Part shown: piece by piece, positions 1 through 13,629 of the stretch
Numbering within the stretch: the first letter of the stretch is position 1
How the letters are laid out: every line of letters starts with the position of its first letter
NCBI GenBank assembly: GCA_964304625.1
Contig: OZ199838.1
Location: forward strand, 9,327,245-9,391,244
Source: Kudoa neothunni
Taxonomy: Eukaryota > Animalia > Cnidaria
Length of the DNA: 64,000 nucleotides
Direction of reading: 5' to 3'
Program-made: the position numbers and the translations under genes
The notes under the pieces: generated by a model
What the model saw: the letters and a program-made list of their open reading frames with translations, nothing else
Databases searched by the model: none
What the model was told of the DNA's origin: nothing

Positions 1-715
1 TTAAAAATATGGATAGGATTCAATATTTTTCGTATTGATATATTTATAATCGAGTTATTTATATATTGACGATTGGTTTCACGCCAATAATAACTATTAA
101 CTATATTACAATTTAGTGTTTAATGTTTCTTCTTCAATACACATAAGTATATGTATTCGCATTATAAATTACAGCTTAGTCACTTCAACTGTCGCTGAAA
201 GAAACAAAAAGGCTAGTTCTTGATTTCGAGAGATATATTTAGATATTAGCGTTGAAGAAACGTTCATTTTGTGAAAATTAATTTCAATTGATTTATTATA
301 GAATCATAATATTATGCATGTTATATTAATGACCAAAAAAATCAAAAAATTTCACAGAGTAAATAGTTGACAACCTCATCTTTATATATTTCACCTATTT
401 CTCTCAATTATCTTTTGGATAATTTTTTATAATTGCGGCTACTAACGATTATTTGCTATTAAATTTGGAAGAAAAAGCAATGGTGTTTAAAGATCGTAAT
501 TTTCTAGGAATAATTATTTTTGGGAGGAAAAAAGGTATTTTTGATGAAAAAGTAAGAATTTTATTGTATACATAATATTTTATGATAATTTAAAGTTAAA
601 TTGGGTCATATAACATCCCAATACATTTTATTTAATTAAGGAATTTAATAAAAGTAAAGATTGCAGTCAGAATTATACAACTAATTTATTTTATCGTCGG
701 GAGACGGAACTCGAA

Positions 716-1641
716 ACACTTACGCGTGTGCCGAAGGGGGACCCAAGGTACCCCAGGGGTTTTTCAACTCAATTCTCTCGCAGGGATAAAAAATTTGTTT
801 ATGTGGTCACTACTTAGTTTGAAATAAAAGTAACCGCCAAAAACGCAGAAATATTTAACCAACTAGGAAAAAAATACAAGAAATTCGTGGCCATCACTTT
901 TAAGAAAAAAGCGAGAATAAACAAGCAATTCCTCAACGGTATAGATAGGTTATGCTTGTATACAGCTATTAACTAGTTATTGGAAAACTCAAGGTTGATT
1001 TTCAAGTGAATTTGGCATCTGAAAGGAGCGACCGACAAAACCGCCACAACAAAATCCCAAGGTTTTCGTTAATCTCATTTTGCGATCGTGGTATTAAAAG
1101 GTAGGAATATTTCCTTCCCTTTAAACGACTGCATTTTCTGCTATAATTTTTATTCTATGGTAAAAATTATGGCTGATGTAAAAAGAAACCCCCGGTTGGA
1201 ACAAAATTAAACATTAATCGACCTATACTTTCAAAATTAATATACTACTAAGAGCGCTCATGTCTTACAATAATCTCAGGATAATCTCCAAATATGTCGG
1301 ATTCTTCCGGTAGAAAATAAAATCAAAACTTGGTCATACTCTTATTCCTTTTATCTATTTAAAAATTGTTTTTTAAACAATAATTTTTAGTCGAAATTAA
1401 ACAAATAATAAATATAAGATATCCAAAGGTTTTTAAACACTAAATATTTTAGGTTCAGGTTTAAAAAGTAGTCTATTATATTATAACCTGAAGGAAAACA
1501 TTTTTTGTTGTTTAATTTAAAGTTAATTAGATATTAAAAGATTACATGGAAAATTATAGAAAAAAATCAAAAGGTGAAAATAGAAATTTCGAAACATACA
1601 ATAATTCGGGTTCCTAAAATACCCCATCCGTACCGTAAGGG
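716..1641. mobile_element. piggyBac-type non-autonomous element (MITE), about 0.93 kb
   Basis: Right end reads TTAA-CCCTTACGGTACGGATGGGGTATTTTAGGAACCC on the minus strand (TTAA at 1642-1645). The left end is degenerate (CACTTACGCG, then GGGGACCCAAGGTACCCC). Similar ends occur at 17246, 52412 and 56628. Confidence 0.55.
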
Positions 1642-3608
1642 TTAAACATTAACGTTGATAGCATATAATGAAGTTTTGGTTAGAACAATTACTTTTGAAG
1701 CCAGAATGGTTGCTCCAATAGGACGTTCACGTACGTTGAATGAAGATTGCCGAGCTTTGGGTTGTTGTGAGGACGCTAGATTTGGATTCTCGTACACAAA
1801 CACATGTCCATTACAATCCACAATGACGTAATATCGTTGAGTAGTTCGTTCTACAAACCTGAATACCGTGTCGCGTTTTGTAGCTGCTATATAGGCCAAA
1901 GCGTGAAACGTGGTTTCGTGAACCACCGAAAGAGATTGATTTTGGTTACTCACACTCCACACAATACCATCTTCCATATTATCCATACAAATATTGAAAC
2001 TATTTTTGGAGCGTTGTAAAAACTAAATAAAAGTTGTGTGGCATTCGTTTCAACCTATTTGAAAACAGTTTAAAGAAAGAAATGTTATAGGAGGTGATAT
2101 TAATAAAATTGTACTTTTCGAATGGAATGAGTTCTTAGAGACGCCAAATACAGTTCTTGAGAGTTACTACAATCATCCTCATTGTAATCATCTTCACCTA
2201 AGCCCTACATACAAATACATTATATATATTAGAATCAAACGGAAATTAAAAGGGATATACTTTTCCTATCTCATTTCCATTCGAGGTTGTAAAGGCATCC
2301 AAACTAGACACTGCTTCAGACAGGAAATGTTTTTCTTCGCCTTCGATGATGTGCTCAATTGTAGAGTTGACAGAGTCTTCAGTTGCATTATCAAAAAACA
2401 ATTGTGACCATATCATAGGTTTTTCTTTTATGATATGAATCTCTAACCTACGACACTATTTAGCTATTCTCTGAAAGAAATAGAGAACTTGTTGGCATCC
2501 GTAATAATCCATCTGCATGAGTCGTCGACAATAGGGTTAAAGAATTTTGCCTCCAGACTCACTTTAGGAGAGCCATCCGCTTCTAACCACTTGAAGTGTA
2601 GACTTTGAGGTTTAAAGTGACAATGAATGGTGTCCTTTTCAATATCTCTAAGTGTTAATGTGGGTTGTATAGTAATCATATCCAGTGTTTGAGACCATGT
2701 AAAATTTTTAGGTTTCAAATTCGTACTTTTGTTATTTGAAAACTCTAAGCAATAGCTAAAGTAAGTTGTGTCAAAATGACTTCAAATACCTTGTTGACAA
2801 ACAGTATTATGGATGTTCCCTTCTGATATAAAACAGCAAAATGACTTATCGCATGAAATAAAACACACCAAACTTGGAACTGTTTCACAATTGAACTCTG
2901 AATTTTGTTCTACCTTAGATAATTTGATCGCAGTGTCAATTTTATGGAAATAAATATCTATAATTTTAAGTTGGTTATAATGCTTGGGGCTGTTTTTCTT
3001 CTTAGTATTCCTCCCAGATGTAGAACAAATTGCCAAACGAAAATATTGTTCCGTTTGGCACACTGAGGCTGTATAACAATAAAATTTTCCTATACTATCA
3101 ATCATATCTTTCTCATCACAAAATTCCCAGTGTTCTCGAGGGTCGTAAACGATCCGAAAAATACACACCTTAGAGTTGGAGTGTGCTACTAAACAGATAT
3201 TTTTTTGAACAAATAAAATCATCGGAGGATATTCCAATTTTTCGTCTTCAACCAGTTTCATATCACTCACTTTGAAAACAGTAAAACTATCACTGTTCTA
3301 AAAATTAATTGATGTATTTATCGAAATAAGCGTTCTTCCTTAACTACTTTATCCACCTGTATACGAACAATGTAACCTTCTTGACTAAAATAATACGCCA
3401 CACTATCATCATCACTGAATTCATTAATAAACAGCCCATTTGTCAATGAGAGTAATTTCAGATGATCAAAATCATAAAAAGAATCATCCAATGATATTTC
3501 TCTTGGTGTTAACGACAATGGAGAAGGATGAGCATTAATAAAATTTGGAGAATATTTATAACCATCAAAATCAGGTTTCAATAAATTTCTATCCACGCTA
3601 AAGGACAT
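1642..3608 (-). CDS. NUDCD1: NudC domain-containing protein 1, about 6 exons
   Basis: N-terminus SVDRNLLKPDFDGYKYS matches the NudCD1 start. A CS/p23-like segment (FTWSQTLDMITI...IVDDSCRWII), H..TFHALAYIAATKRD and the C-terminus VIVLTKTSLYAINVNV also fit. ORF pieces join through about 45-65 bp GT-AG introns. Confidence 0.88.
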
Positions 3609-3854
3609 TATTTGTCCACGTGACCCAGACTGGGAAACGCAATTGAATGGCTAATCAAGACTGATTTGTTTCTTACTAGATGGTAAATTATCTTTGATAC
3701 AACATGTTTCAATTTTGTGAGTATTATAAGTTGCCGCGATTTGTGTTGCAGATTCCTCCATACGGAACGATCCGAACACGTGGCGTCGTGTAGCTTCGTT
3801 TGGTCGTGATAGCAATGGTAAGCTTTGAACATTCTTAGAGATATGCCTTAAATA
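3609..3854. promoter_or_regulatory. Bidirectional promoter / shared 5' region of NUDCD1 and SmB
   Basis: Only 246 bp separate two divergent ATGs. The core is CpG-rich for this genome and contains CACGTG near 3777. Confidence 0.6.
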
Positions 3855-4624
3855 ATGCTTGGTATTAAGGCTGGGGGCAAAAAAGGGAAACTGATTCAGT
3901 ATATCAATTACCGTATGAGATGTACGCTACAGGATGGACGTATGTTCATCGGAACATTCATGGCTTTCGACACACACATGAACATTATATTCAGCGACTG
4001 TGACGAATTTAGGAGAGTTAAAACAAAATCAGAGTCCAACGCGGAAAAAGAAGAAAAACGAGTGATAGGTTTTGTTTTGATTCGTGGAGAAAATATCGTT
4101 TCGTTGACTGTGGAAGCCCCTCCTGCCCCAGACGTAAGTCTTCATCGGATGTTAGATTTTAATGCTAAGCTATCTTCTTTAGGACAAAGGAAAAGGCAAA
4201 ATTGCGACCGCCACACCTGGTATGGGAATGGGAAGAGCTGCCGGACGAGGTGTTCCTATGCCTGGTCAAGCGCCACCAGGTTTGGCCGGCCTTGGACGCG
4301 GTGTTGGTGTTCCTACGCCTCAGATTATGGCTCCAGGTGAGATTTCCTTATCACGTGGTGTATTTTCCTAACTGTGCTTTAGCGGCGAAAGTTCCTCCTG
4401 GAATGAGACCGCCAGGTTTTCCTGGTGTCCCTCCAATAGCAGGCATGCCACCTATGGCCGGCGTACCACCAGGTATGCCGATGCCTCCACCTGGAATGAG
4501 ACCACCTGGTTTTCCTGGAATGCCTCCTCCCGGATTTAATAGACGTATGATTATTGTTGTTGTGTTGGAATTCACTCTCCCTGATTATATGTATCTTTGT
4601 TTAGCTGGGCAACAACCTCAATGA
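3855..4624 (+). CDS. SNRPB: Small nuclear ribonucleoprotein SmB/B', 4 exons
   Basis: Sm fold [37 protein letters not shown]...[16 protein letters not shown]. Introns at 4134-4182, 4337-4382 and 4545-4604 give GMGRAAGRG and PPPGMRPP repeats, ending PGQQPQ*. Confidence 0.96.
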
Positions 4625-4779
4625 ATGTTTCCGAATTTGTATCATCAACCATATATATAACCTATATAATATATACATTATTATCTTGGGATAGTTTATT
4701 GATTTTTTACATTTCAGCAATTCTCGGCTAGCTATTGTAATGTTTGATCGATTGATTACATTATTCTATTATAATAAAT

Positions 4780-5316
4780 CAGGGTTCGCCGGCGTTCGAC
4801 CCTTCAGTTATCTCATCCGCCCCGCATTGAATGGCATAAAATGTTTCTTAATATCTGAAATACCTAAATGATTAATGCGTTTTTTCTAGATCTTTTTCCA
4901 AAATGTTAATATGTTGTTGATGCAAACATTTTAACCGACTAAGATTCATTTTCATTAAATCGGAAAACCGAAACAAATATGAATGTAAAAAAAGCGTTAA
5001 AATTTTATATGTAAAAATATAAAATCTTTTTAAAAAAGCATACAGGTACTTCTCATGTTTGACGTCCTCCGATGAATGGTTCCTTCGTAAGTCAAGCACG
5101 AGTTAATTAGATTGGAAAAGAAAATTATTAGAATATGATACTATTGATTTTACGTACTTTTCTACTTTAAAAGACTTTTATATATTCTTATATATTTAAA
5201 TCCAAAACTTGAATTAAGAATAGTTTAACATATTAGTAGGTTAATTTTAATACGGCCGCATTAGACTTAGGGGTATGTCTGCTCGACCCGTCACTCGAAA
5301 AGGTTGCCGACCCCTG
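4780..5316. mobile_element. hAT (Charlie-like) deletion derivative
   Basis: Right end AAAGGTTGCCGACCCCTG and degenerate left end CAGGGTTCGCC. No clean 8-bp TSD. Confidence 0.5.
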
Positions 5317-6070
5317 TAAAACTCGTTTAATTTGAAAAATTCTGATTAATAGACTGATATCATAAAGTTTGTTTGATGCGAGTGGTGGTGAGTAGGCTAC
5401 TGCTAAAAAATTGGGTTCTTGTTATTTTGTAATCAACATAATTAATTTAACCGTTATCATCACTGACTTACGCTATCAAATAAATATCGAATAGGAAAAG
5501 CCGAGGTAGTATTGTAATATCAAAATAACCCGGGTCACTTGCAAATTCAACTAAAAGATTTTAACCATTGTAATGTGCCTTTGGATTTGGGCGCGTGGCC
5601 AGACCAAAAGTATTTTTGACGCAATAAATAGCCAGTATTTCGCGGAACCAATTTTATTTAATTTTTTAGAAAACTCTTCGTACGTAGTAAATATTAGCTT
5701 ATTTATTTTAGGATGTTTTGGTCATTTTAAGAATGAAAGGATTAAAGTGGCAGAAATAAAAATCAAGCGGTCAATCAGTTTTAAGCAGTTAGCTACGTGA
5801 ACGTTGTTTCAAAGTCGGTGTTTCTAATTCCCATTCGCTGCTAGAATTAGACAAATAAAAGAAATATTCCTCAAACTATAAAACTATAAAATACTATAGT
5901 AGTGTTTTTATAGCAAAGCCAAAACTGTTACTATGGATGATTTAAAATCTGATCCATCACTCTGCTTGGTAAAATTATGAAAAATTCTGAATAATTATAA
6001 AAGATTGTTGAAGCCGGATTAGTTTATGCATGTCTAAAGAATGTAATATCCGAACTAATGATTCTCTTAA

Positions 6071-7107
6071 ACATCCGAGCGGTTTCGGGGTCAAATTGAA
6101 CCCAAAACCTATTTTGTCATAATTTTTCTATACATAGAAGAATTCAACATTTGTAATCTCTGATTTATTCTCCTAAAACAAATAATATTTTTTAATTTTT
6201 TAATAAAAATTTGAAAAAAATAAAATGAACAACGATATACGATACAACTATACGCTTGGTGCTTTGGGGGTCAATTTGAGCTTAGGGATTTTTTGCTTTA
6301 TATAATATTAAAATGTTCTAATAAATGATTAGTTAACTTAAGTTGAATTCTGGGGGAAGAATACTGAGAAAATAAGGAAAACATATACATGAGATCATAC
6401 GCGATGACACAGATGCATCCGTTTTATCGCGCCTTTCGCACGAATTTACTCAAAACATACAGACAAAAGAAGACTTCGATGAGATTTTTCTCATTGACTA
6501 CGATAGCAATGCCAAAAAATATTTTATGCCACTCGTCTCAATTATCGAAAGTCAATTTCTAGTGAATCTGATGACAATGATGAGGATTTGAATTTGGTTT
6601 TCGAGAAGACTTTTTGTAGCCTAAATTATATCCAAAGGGCGATATAAGAAAAATGATATTTTTTACAGGAAATCCAAACTAGATTAAAGTGGATAAGTCA
6701 TTATTTTTACTTTTTCTCTGTCACCGAGAGGTTTAAGCAAAAATGGTTACCTACTGTAAGAAACCAATATGTTACTCACATTACGAATGAACTTAATTTA
6801 TCAATATTTTTCGTAAAAAAATTTATATCCTATTTTTACGTATGAAATAGCGAGTCATCTCATCTCACTAATTCGTTATAATAAAGTTCAAGTCGACAAA
6901 ACACAGATTGCGCCAACAAATTCCCACGAATTGGAACAATTTCGTATACACATAATGTAAATCTTGATGGAAATTTTTCGATAATTTTTTTAGAATTCAC
7001 TTATGATTACATAATTATTTCTTGCATTTAACGACGAAGAAAAAACCTTGGATCAATATGTCCCCGAAAGCATCAAAGGTAGAGTCAATTTTGAACAGGT
7101 TGGAAGG
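6071..7107 (+). mobile_element. Decayed piggyBac-type element
   Basis: TTAA at both ends (6067-6070 and 7108-7111). Subterminal GGGGTCAAATTGA(C)CCC-like motifs at about 6086, 6266 and 7081. Decayed acidic N-terminal coding remnant at about 6480-6600. Confidence 0.5.
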
Positions 7108-7772
7108 TTAACGAACAGGTTTAAAATTGGATGAATGTAAAACAAAATAATAGAATTAAGTATTAACCCTTTTTGTCAATTACCGAACTTAATTCAACGA
7201 TTGAAAAAAGAGTTAAAATAGTTCTTGACTATAAAAAATTAATTAGGTTGATATGTGTGTGTATGATTTTTTAATTGCAATGTATTTAGACGACGATAAT
7301 ACAAATTCACCCAACGGTGGGCGCGAATAAAATTGTGTAAATTGTTGACATAAAACTTCTAAAATCATTGAAACATAAAATTTAAGAATATTTAAATTTC
7401 AACAAAAATTGAAACTTTAGAAAAATTTTAAGGTAAGACCTCCTAATCTCCTAATAGACCGAAAATCCAATTTTTTTCTGCGGGAACATGACCATGTTTT
7501 ACAATTTTTTGTTTCGATGTATAAAAATTTGAGAACAATAAACTTACCCTCATTTTATATCATAGAGTTTATGTTAAACTCTGATAATACTGGATAATAA
7601 AGTAAAAAGCGCAAAATCTAATTAGGAATTCCTCTAACAGATATTATAACTGAAAATGTTAATTAAAAGTTTGATATAATTAGCTGAAGAAGAAAAAAAG
7701 CTGTGGTTTATTTCAACTAGAAATACTATAAAATAAGCCTGAATATAAAAATGAATCCTGTTCTTTGGAAAG

Positions 7773-9921
7773 TTACATTTTATCTACATGGTTACCAATT
7801 GAATTTTCTAATTAACAAATAGAATCACACTCCAAACCAAACTAATTAAATACCTTGCTCTTTTGTATATTTGGATATTTGCTTAAGTATAGGAATCATT
7901 TTACTTTTTGGCAAATCCCTTACTCCAAAATTATTGACTCTTTTCTAAACCATCTATAAGGTATACACAATAATGAAAATATATACTCTCAGCTCTGGAG
8001 TTTCCATTCTGCTATAATGAGTGATGTTAAGGGACAAATGTTCATCATTAATGACGACGCCTGTGATCGTGCTAGAAAAAATATCCTACAAAAAAATTAC
8101 TTTTGAACGGAGCAGGAATTATTTCAAGTTCCGAACCATGGTGAGGAGGAGTAGTTGGAATGTCAACATCGTGTGTAACAAAATTATAGAAAGAATTATC
8201 CACAAATTCGTTTGGATCATAGAGCGAGGACAGAAATGCTGATGTTTGTTGGTTATTGAGTGATTCATCATTTAATGAATTTTCGCAATTAATTAAAGAT
8301 GGGAATGATTTATCAATAATATCAGCATTTTGAATGTTGTAATTATCTTCCTCAGTCAGCAAATCTTCAACTATAATAGTATTTTGTATTGAAGTTTGTT
8401 GTTGGATCGGAAGAATATTTTTAACGGTAAGATTTTCCTCAAGAATTATGCAAGATGAATCATTTAAAGAGATTGGTTGTTGCGATTTCGAGGTAGACGA
8501 ATTGAGATGGCTTAAAAACGGCTTTATATTATACCTAAAATCTTGTCCCAAAACAGCACACACAATACCAAATAGTTACTCTTCAGCAATCTTCATATAA
8601 ACAGAAATTTCATTTGGTTTTATCGTGATTTCCCCAAAGTAGATGTAATCAACAAATCGTTGAAGCTGGTCTTGATTCAGATTAAATTTCATTGTACCAT
8701 TTTTGAACTTTCTTTCATAGATCTACACAATGTGGTTAGACATTGAATATTTTAAGCATCATACATGCAACAAATCCGGAAATCGAGCCAATAAAATCAA
8801 TTTATGAAGGAATTTAACTTGACCATCGCTACTTTGAAAACACACGTCGGTATAATTGGAATCGCGATAAATCTGTTCAAGAATATTTCTCATTGCGATA
8901 TCATCAGAAATATGGACTTCTTCTTAAATCAAGCTTAAGTAACTATCAACGACATGTAACTACCTTCGAATGAAGACGATGGTTGAGGATGGATATGGAT
9001 GGAAGAATTGACTGGTTGTGAGTTCGCTAAGGCGTTTGAACGGGGAGTGGACGATTTTTGGAGGTGAGGATTCATCAAATGATTATTGATCTAATAAAAA
9101 ACTAATAAAGTATTGAACAATTTCGAGAAATTTTGGTGAATATATAACACAGTTGGAAGCCTTGCTGAAAAGTATAAAAATACCTTTTCATCGTTACAAA
9201 AGCTATTATTGCTAATAGAAACTTCAGCTGGTTGAATAGACTTTGATAGAGGGTTGCATGGAGAGGTGATCTCTTGAGATTTTTCCCCAGCTGCAGCTAC
9301 AGACCAAATAGAAGGCGTCAGATTTTTCTACATTTCACAATCATTTATCAATCATTCTCGATAACTTAGTTACTACACTTTGAGAGGAAATACATGTATT
9401 AGAAATTTGCGATTTGCTGTTTTCCTTCAATTTGAACAAAAATTTAACATACACACTCAACCAAAAACAAATTACATTCATATAAAATTTCTCAAACCTT
9501 CCAGCGGCTATTTCGAGCGCTTTATCGGTTGATGTCAAGATCAAATCAGACGTCTTGTATAAGCTGTCCATTGGTCAAATATTAAATTAAGCACTGCAAC
9601 TACAATTCATTTATACCTCTTTTTGGTCCTTCTCATTTGATGAAGGGTTTTTTTCTTTATAGGGTGACCAGCAAAACAATTCTCTAGCCTTATCTTGGCC
9701 TGAATATCAACAGCTTAGAAAATGTCACATACAAGTCGCATCACATAAGAAGGAAGGATATCATTAGACATATAGGCTCCATTGCATGGTGGCAAATCGT
9801 TAGGGAACGAATTTACACATAGAGATTCGTTGCTAACGTTACCACTCTTTTTATTAGAAATTACGGTAGATATCTGAGATTTTCTATCCATCATAGAACG
9901 TCTGAAATTATCAGAAGCCAT
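7773..9921 (-). CDS. SLX4: Compact SLX4/MUS312/BTBD12-like endonuclease scaffold (MLR + BTB + SAP); 3' end uncertain
   Basis: The spliced translation has an MLR-like segment (AKIRLENCF...RRTKKSLYKTSDLILTSTDKALEIAAGR). It has a BTB domain at about 8560-8925 (DSNYTDVCFQSSDGQVKFLHKLILLAR...LQRFVDYIYFGEI). It has an SLX4-type SAP motif at about 7855-8020 (YSRMETPELR/KRVNNFGVRDLPKSKMIPILKQISKYT). Confidence 0.82.
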
Positions 9922-10077
9922 TTTCTCCTAAAACCACCCCTCCTGGAAACTTTCCAGCAGAATTAATATTATTTATATAGATGTTACGCAAAATATTTTA
10001 CAATCTGTTATGCGTTTAAAATTGTGATAATTTCGTTCAGCAAAGCAGTCAAACACGACCAATAATGCGAGTTGATG

Positions 10078-10088
10078 GCGCATGCGCA
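10078..10088. promoter_or_regulatory. NRF1-like element GCGCATGCGCA between the divergent SLX4 and OATP-A starts
   Basis: Near-perfect YGCGCAYGCGCR match in AT-rich DNA, 157 bp upstream of the SLX4 ATG. Confidence 0.5.
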
Positions 10089-10609
10089 CATTTATAAACG
10101 ATCGAGAATCGGTGCACAAATTTTTTATAATGAATTTTTCTAATTTTATTGAACCATAAATAAATTTAAAATTTAATTTTCTTACAAATTATTTTGATGG
10201 TTTCGTAAAAATCCACTCACTAATTTAGTGTTGGATTAAAAAAAATAAACATTTTAAATTTATTTTTATTATGTTTAGGTTGATAACGAGGTCGATTATT
10301 AATAATAAATAAAACGATTAGACCGAATGTTTAGAGAGTAATTTGAGATTGAGAGAAATTTTAACAACCTTTGTGTTGAGTCGTATCGTATGTGCAAGAC
10401 ATACCGTTTACATTAAGATTGTACCCCCATTTGAACATTTTAGTGAGATATTAACAGAATTTGTTGATCCAGCTGAACAAAATATGCAAAACTCATCCAC
10501 CTCACCCTAATCAGACAATAATTCACGTTGTCATTGATTTGCTACTAGTCAGGAGCTAATAGCTTAACAAAGTTTTTTAATTAATCTTACAAAAAGTTAT
10601 CTCCTCCAT

Positions 10610-12861
10610 ATGCCTATTCGAAATAAAACTAGGAAAAATATATTACGCCGCGTGTCTTGGAGATTCAGCACCCAAAGCTCGCAAACAGATGTAGCTGTTA
10701 GACAAGAAATTCATGAGTATTACCCAGGACTGTTTTTCACCGGTAGTATCTTTCCAAAGGCCTTCAAAAATAACTACTTTTCATTGTTTCTACTGTGCGG
10801 ATTGATTGTTGGCCAAACCATGATTGTCAATGGTCTCTTGGTTATCACCATACCAATGTTGGAACGAAATTTTGGTTATTCAAGTGTGGAAACTGGCATC
10901 ATTAATAGTGTATATGATATCGCATTTGGAGTAAGTGCATTGATATCTGGAGTGATGGGCGGAAAAAGAAAACTATTTATTATCGGTATGGGGGGCTTAT
11001 TGATCACCCTGGGAAGTGTGTTATTCACCTTGCCAAATTTCTTGGTTAATTTCAAAGATCTGGTTCCCACTCTAAGCCGTATAAACAAGGAGAAACTTAA
11101 CCTGATAACTGACATATCACTGAGTGTGTGTCGAAATAGCACTTCAACAACCACTCCCTTGCAATGTGCAACCAACACGTCCGCGATTTATTTGACTATA
11201 TTTTGTATTGCATACAGTATGATAGGTAATCGATCAAAAAAATTAATTTTTTGATTTTATTTTTAAATTATATATTTTTGAGTTATCATCAATAAAGAAA
11301 TAAACTTAGGATTTGGTTCTGCACCTTTGCACACTTTGGCAATCGCATATTTTGATGAGAATCTCACATCGGAATCGAATGGAATCTATCTTGGAATATT
11401 TTACTTGTTCGGAGCCATTGGGCCTGCGATTGGCTTTGTTATGGGAAAGCCATTTCTATCCTTGCCTGTCACTCTGGATTACACCAACTATGCCGTTGTT
11501 TCACCGAACAGTAGAAATTGGATTGGAGCCTGGTGGCTTGGCTACTTGGTGGCCGCCACTATCGTTTTGATATTTGGATTTCTACTAATTATGTATCCTT
11601 CCAAGATACCACCACAAAAACCAACCGAAGCCACCTTTGATGATAATGTATTTATATCTAATGCATTAAAAGTGACAAGATTTGAAAATTTTGCAAACTA
11701 TTTTTCCAATTTTCGTTATCTATTTTCCAATTTTCCCTATATGGTAATGGTGTTGGCTTTCGCGTTGGAATCGATCCTCGTTCGTGGGATTGGCACTTTT
11801 CTAGCCAAAATCATACAAGTACAATTCAGAGTACCACCTCAAAATGTAAGAGTTTAATTTTTTGTCAGCCATAATGTGGCTTAGGCAAGTTTATATGCCG
11901 GGGGTTTGGTTGTAATTGGGATTGGGTTTGGCACCATTGCTGGAGGCGTAATCACCAAACTCAGAAAAGATACACCAAAAATCAAAAGTCTCATAATATT
12001 AATCATGTCATTTGTTATTGGTTGTTGTTATGCATCATTTTTTTTCGGCTGCGACAACGTGGAAATATCTGGCATTAAATTGGATGAATTGAAAATGTAT
12101 TTACAATAGCTACTACATGAGCAATTTTGAAACTAATTTGGTCTCATATTGTAGAGTGCATAAATTAGAGACAGCTTCTTGCAATGCGAATTGTCACTGT
12201 GATGTTAACAGGTATCAACCCGTTTGCGATGAAATCAACAAGTTGACTTTTTACAACCCGTGTGTTTCTGGGTGTGGCAACGTTACTGCCGAAACAGTAC
12301 ATAAATCTATCGGAAAGAACTTTTTTATACTTTTTCAATAGAAATTTACAAATTGTTCCTGTTTAGCGTCTCAGAATATTCAACTAGGACAGGGTGTTTG
12401 TGATGGTGATTGCAAATCTATTGTCTATTTTTTGGTAAGCGTTTTGGTAACATTATTCCTTCAATACCTCACCTACGTTCCACAACTCACGTTAATATTG
12501 GCGTAAGTTTTTGTTGTTGCGAATCCAGTTTGTGTAGTTTCTATCACAGATATCTGAATGAAAAAACCAAGAACCCTGGACTTGGATTACAACAAATTCT
12601 TGGAAGGATCGGCTACATTGCAGGACCATTCATATTTGGCTACATTATTGATTCGAGCTGTAGTATGTGGAGCATAAACGAATGCACACTCTCCACAGCC
12701 AACTGCTTAGAATATAACAATGAATCCATGAGGTATATCCAACGACTTATAATTATCCGAGTTTATGCTTTAGAATGAATATACCCATATACGCAATCCT
12801 GATCAGAATTTTTATCACACTGCTTCATTGTGCAGGATACGTGTTTACGAGTGAAGATTGA
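10610..12861 (+). CDS. SLCO: Organic anion transporting polypeptide (OATP/SLCO family), paralog A
   Basis: Signature WIGAWWLGYL. Also LERNFG...ETGII.S.YD, AYFDEN, IGPAIGF, a Kazal-like loop CNANCHCDVNRYQPVC and GPFIFGYIIDSSC..W...C.....C..YNN. ORF pieces join through short introns. Confidence 0.93.
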
Positions 12862-13052
12862 ACTATTTTCTTCTTTATCGTTGGCTCGGTGGGCTTGATT
12901 TTGAGAATTTTCAGCGCTTATTTTTGTTAATTACTGTTGACCATTTATTGAGTCGTTTTATTTGTCATACTAGAGGTGAGGACTCTACGTTTTTTAAGGA
13001 TTACAATAGACAGTCAATAAGTATCTGCAAAAAATTCAATTATTTTATTATA

Positions 13053-13629
13053 CAGTCAAATCTCGGTTATCCGGAAAATTTGGGACCGGCAATTTTCTTT
13101 CCGGATAGCGATAGCGAGTTCAGGTTAATTGAGCATTAACAATGTCTTGTGCGCGTGCGGTTTTTTTAAATTTCTACTTAAAGGATTCTTTACTTGATTA
13201 ATAAGCAATTTTTATTCATTTATTAAGTAAAGTATTTTAACTTCTCCCATTTAAATCAATAATGTTGACATATCTATTAACTAAGAATATGGAGACTTGA
13301 AGGAAAAAGTACATAATTATGGCAGTTTTACACGTCTACAGAGGAAATACCAACTTTCTTAAATGATCGATGATTAATGCTTGTTTAATATTCATACAGT
13401 AATGTGTTCAGTTATAGCACAAACATATATAAAAACTGAATGTATAACTTAAGTTTTAAAAGAAAAATTTATTAATAAATAACCTAGAAATATTTTTGTT
13501 TTAAATATTGCATTGATATATACATGCTACATTGTATATGTCGTAAGGTGATGGGTGCTACTCCTATCCGGAAATATGATTAAACAATATTCCCGGTTGA
13601 CGAGGTTCTGGATAATCGAGGTTTGACTG
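13053..13629. mobile_element. pogo/Tigger-type MITE
   Basis: Terminal inverted repeats (TIRs) CAGTCAAATCTCGGTTATCC and GGATAATCGAGGTTTGACTG, flanked by TA on both sides. Confidence 0.85.

Noticed and set aside
4351-4575. Antisense Gly/Pro-rich ORF (and similar antisense ORFs over NUDCD1 and the OATPs)
   Set aside because: Shadow frames of the real coding strand.
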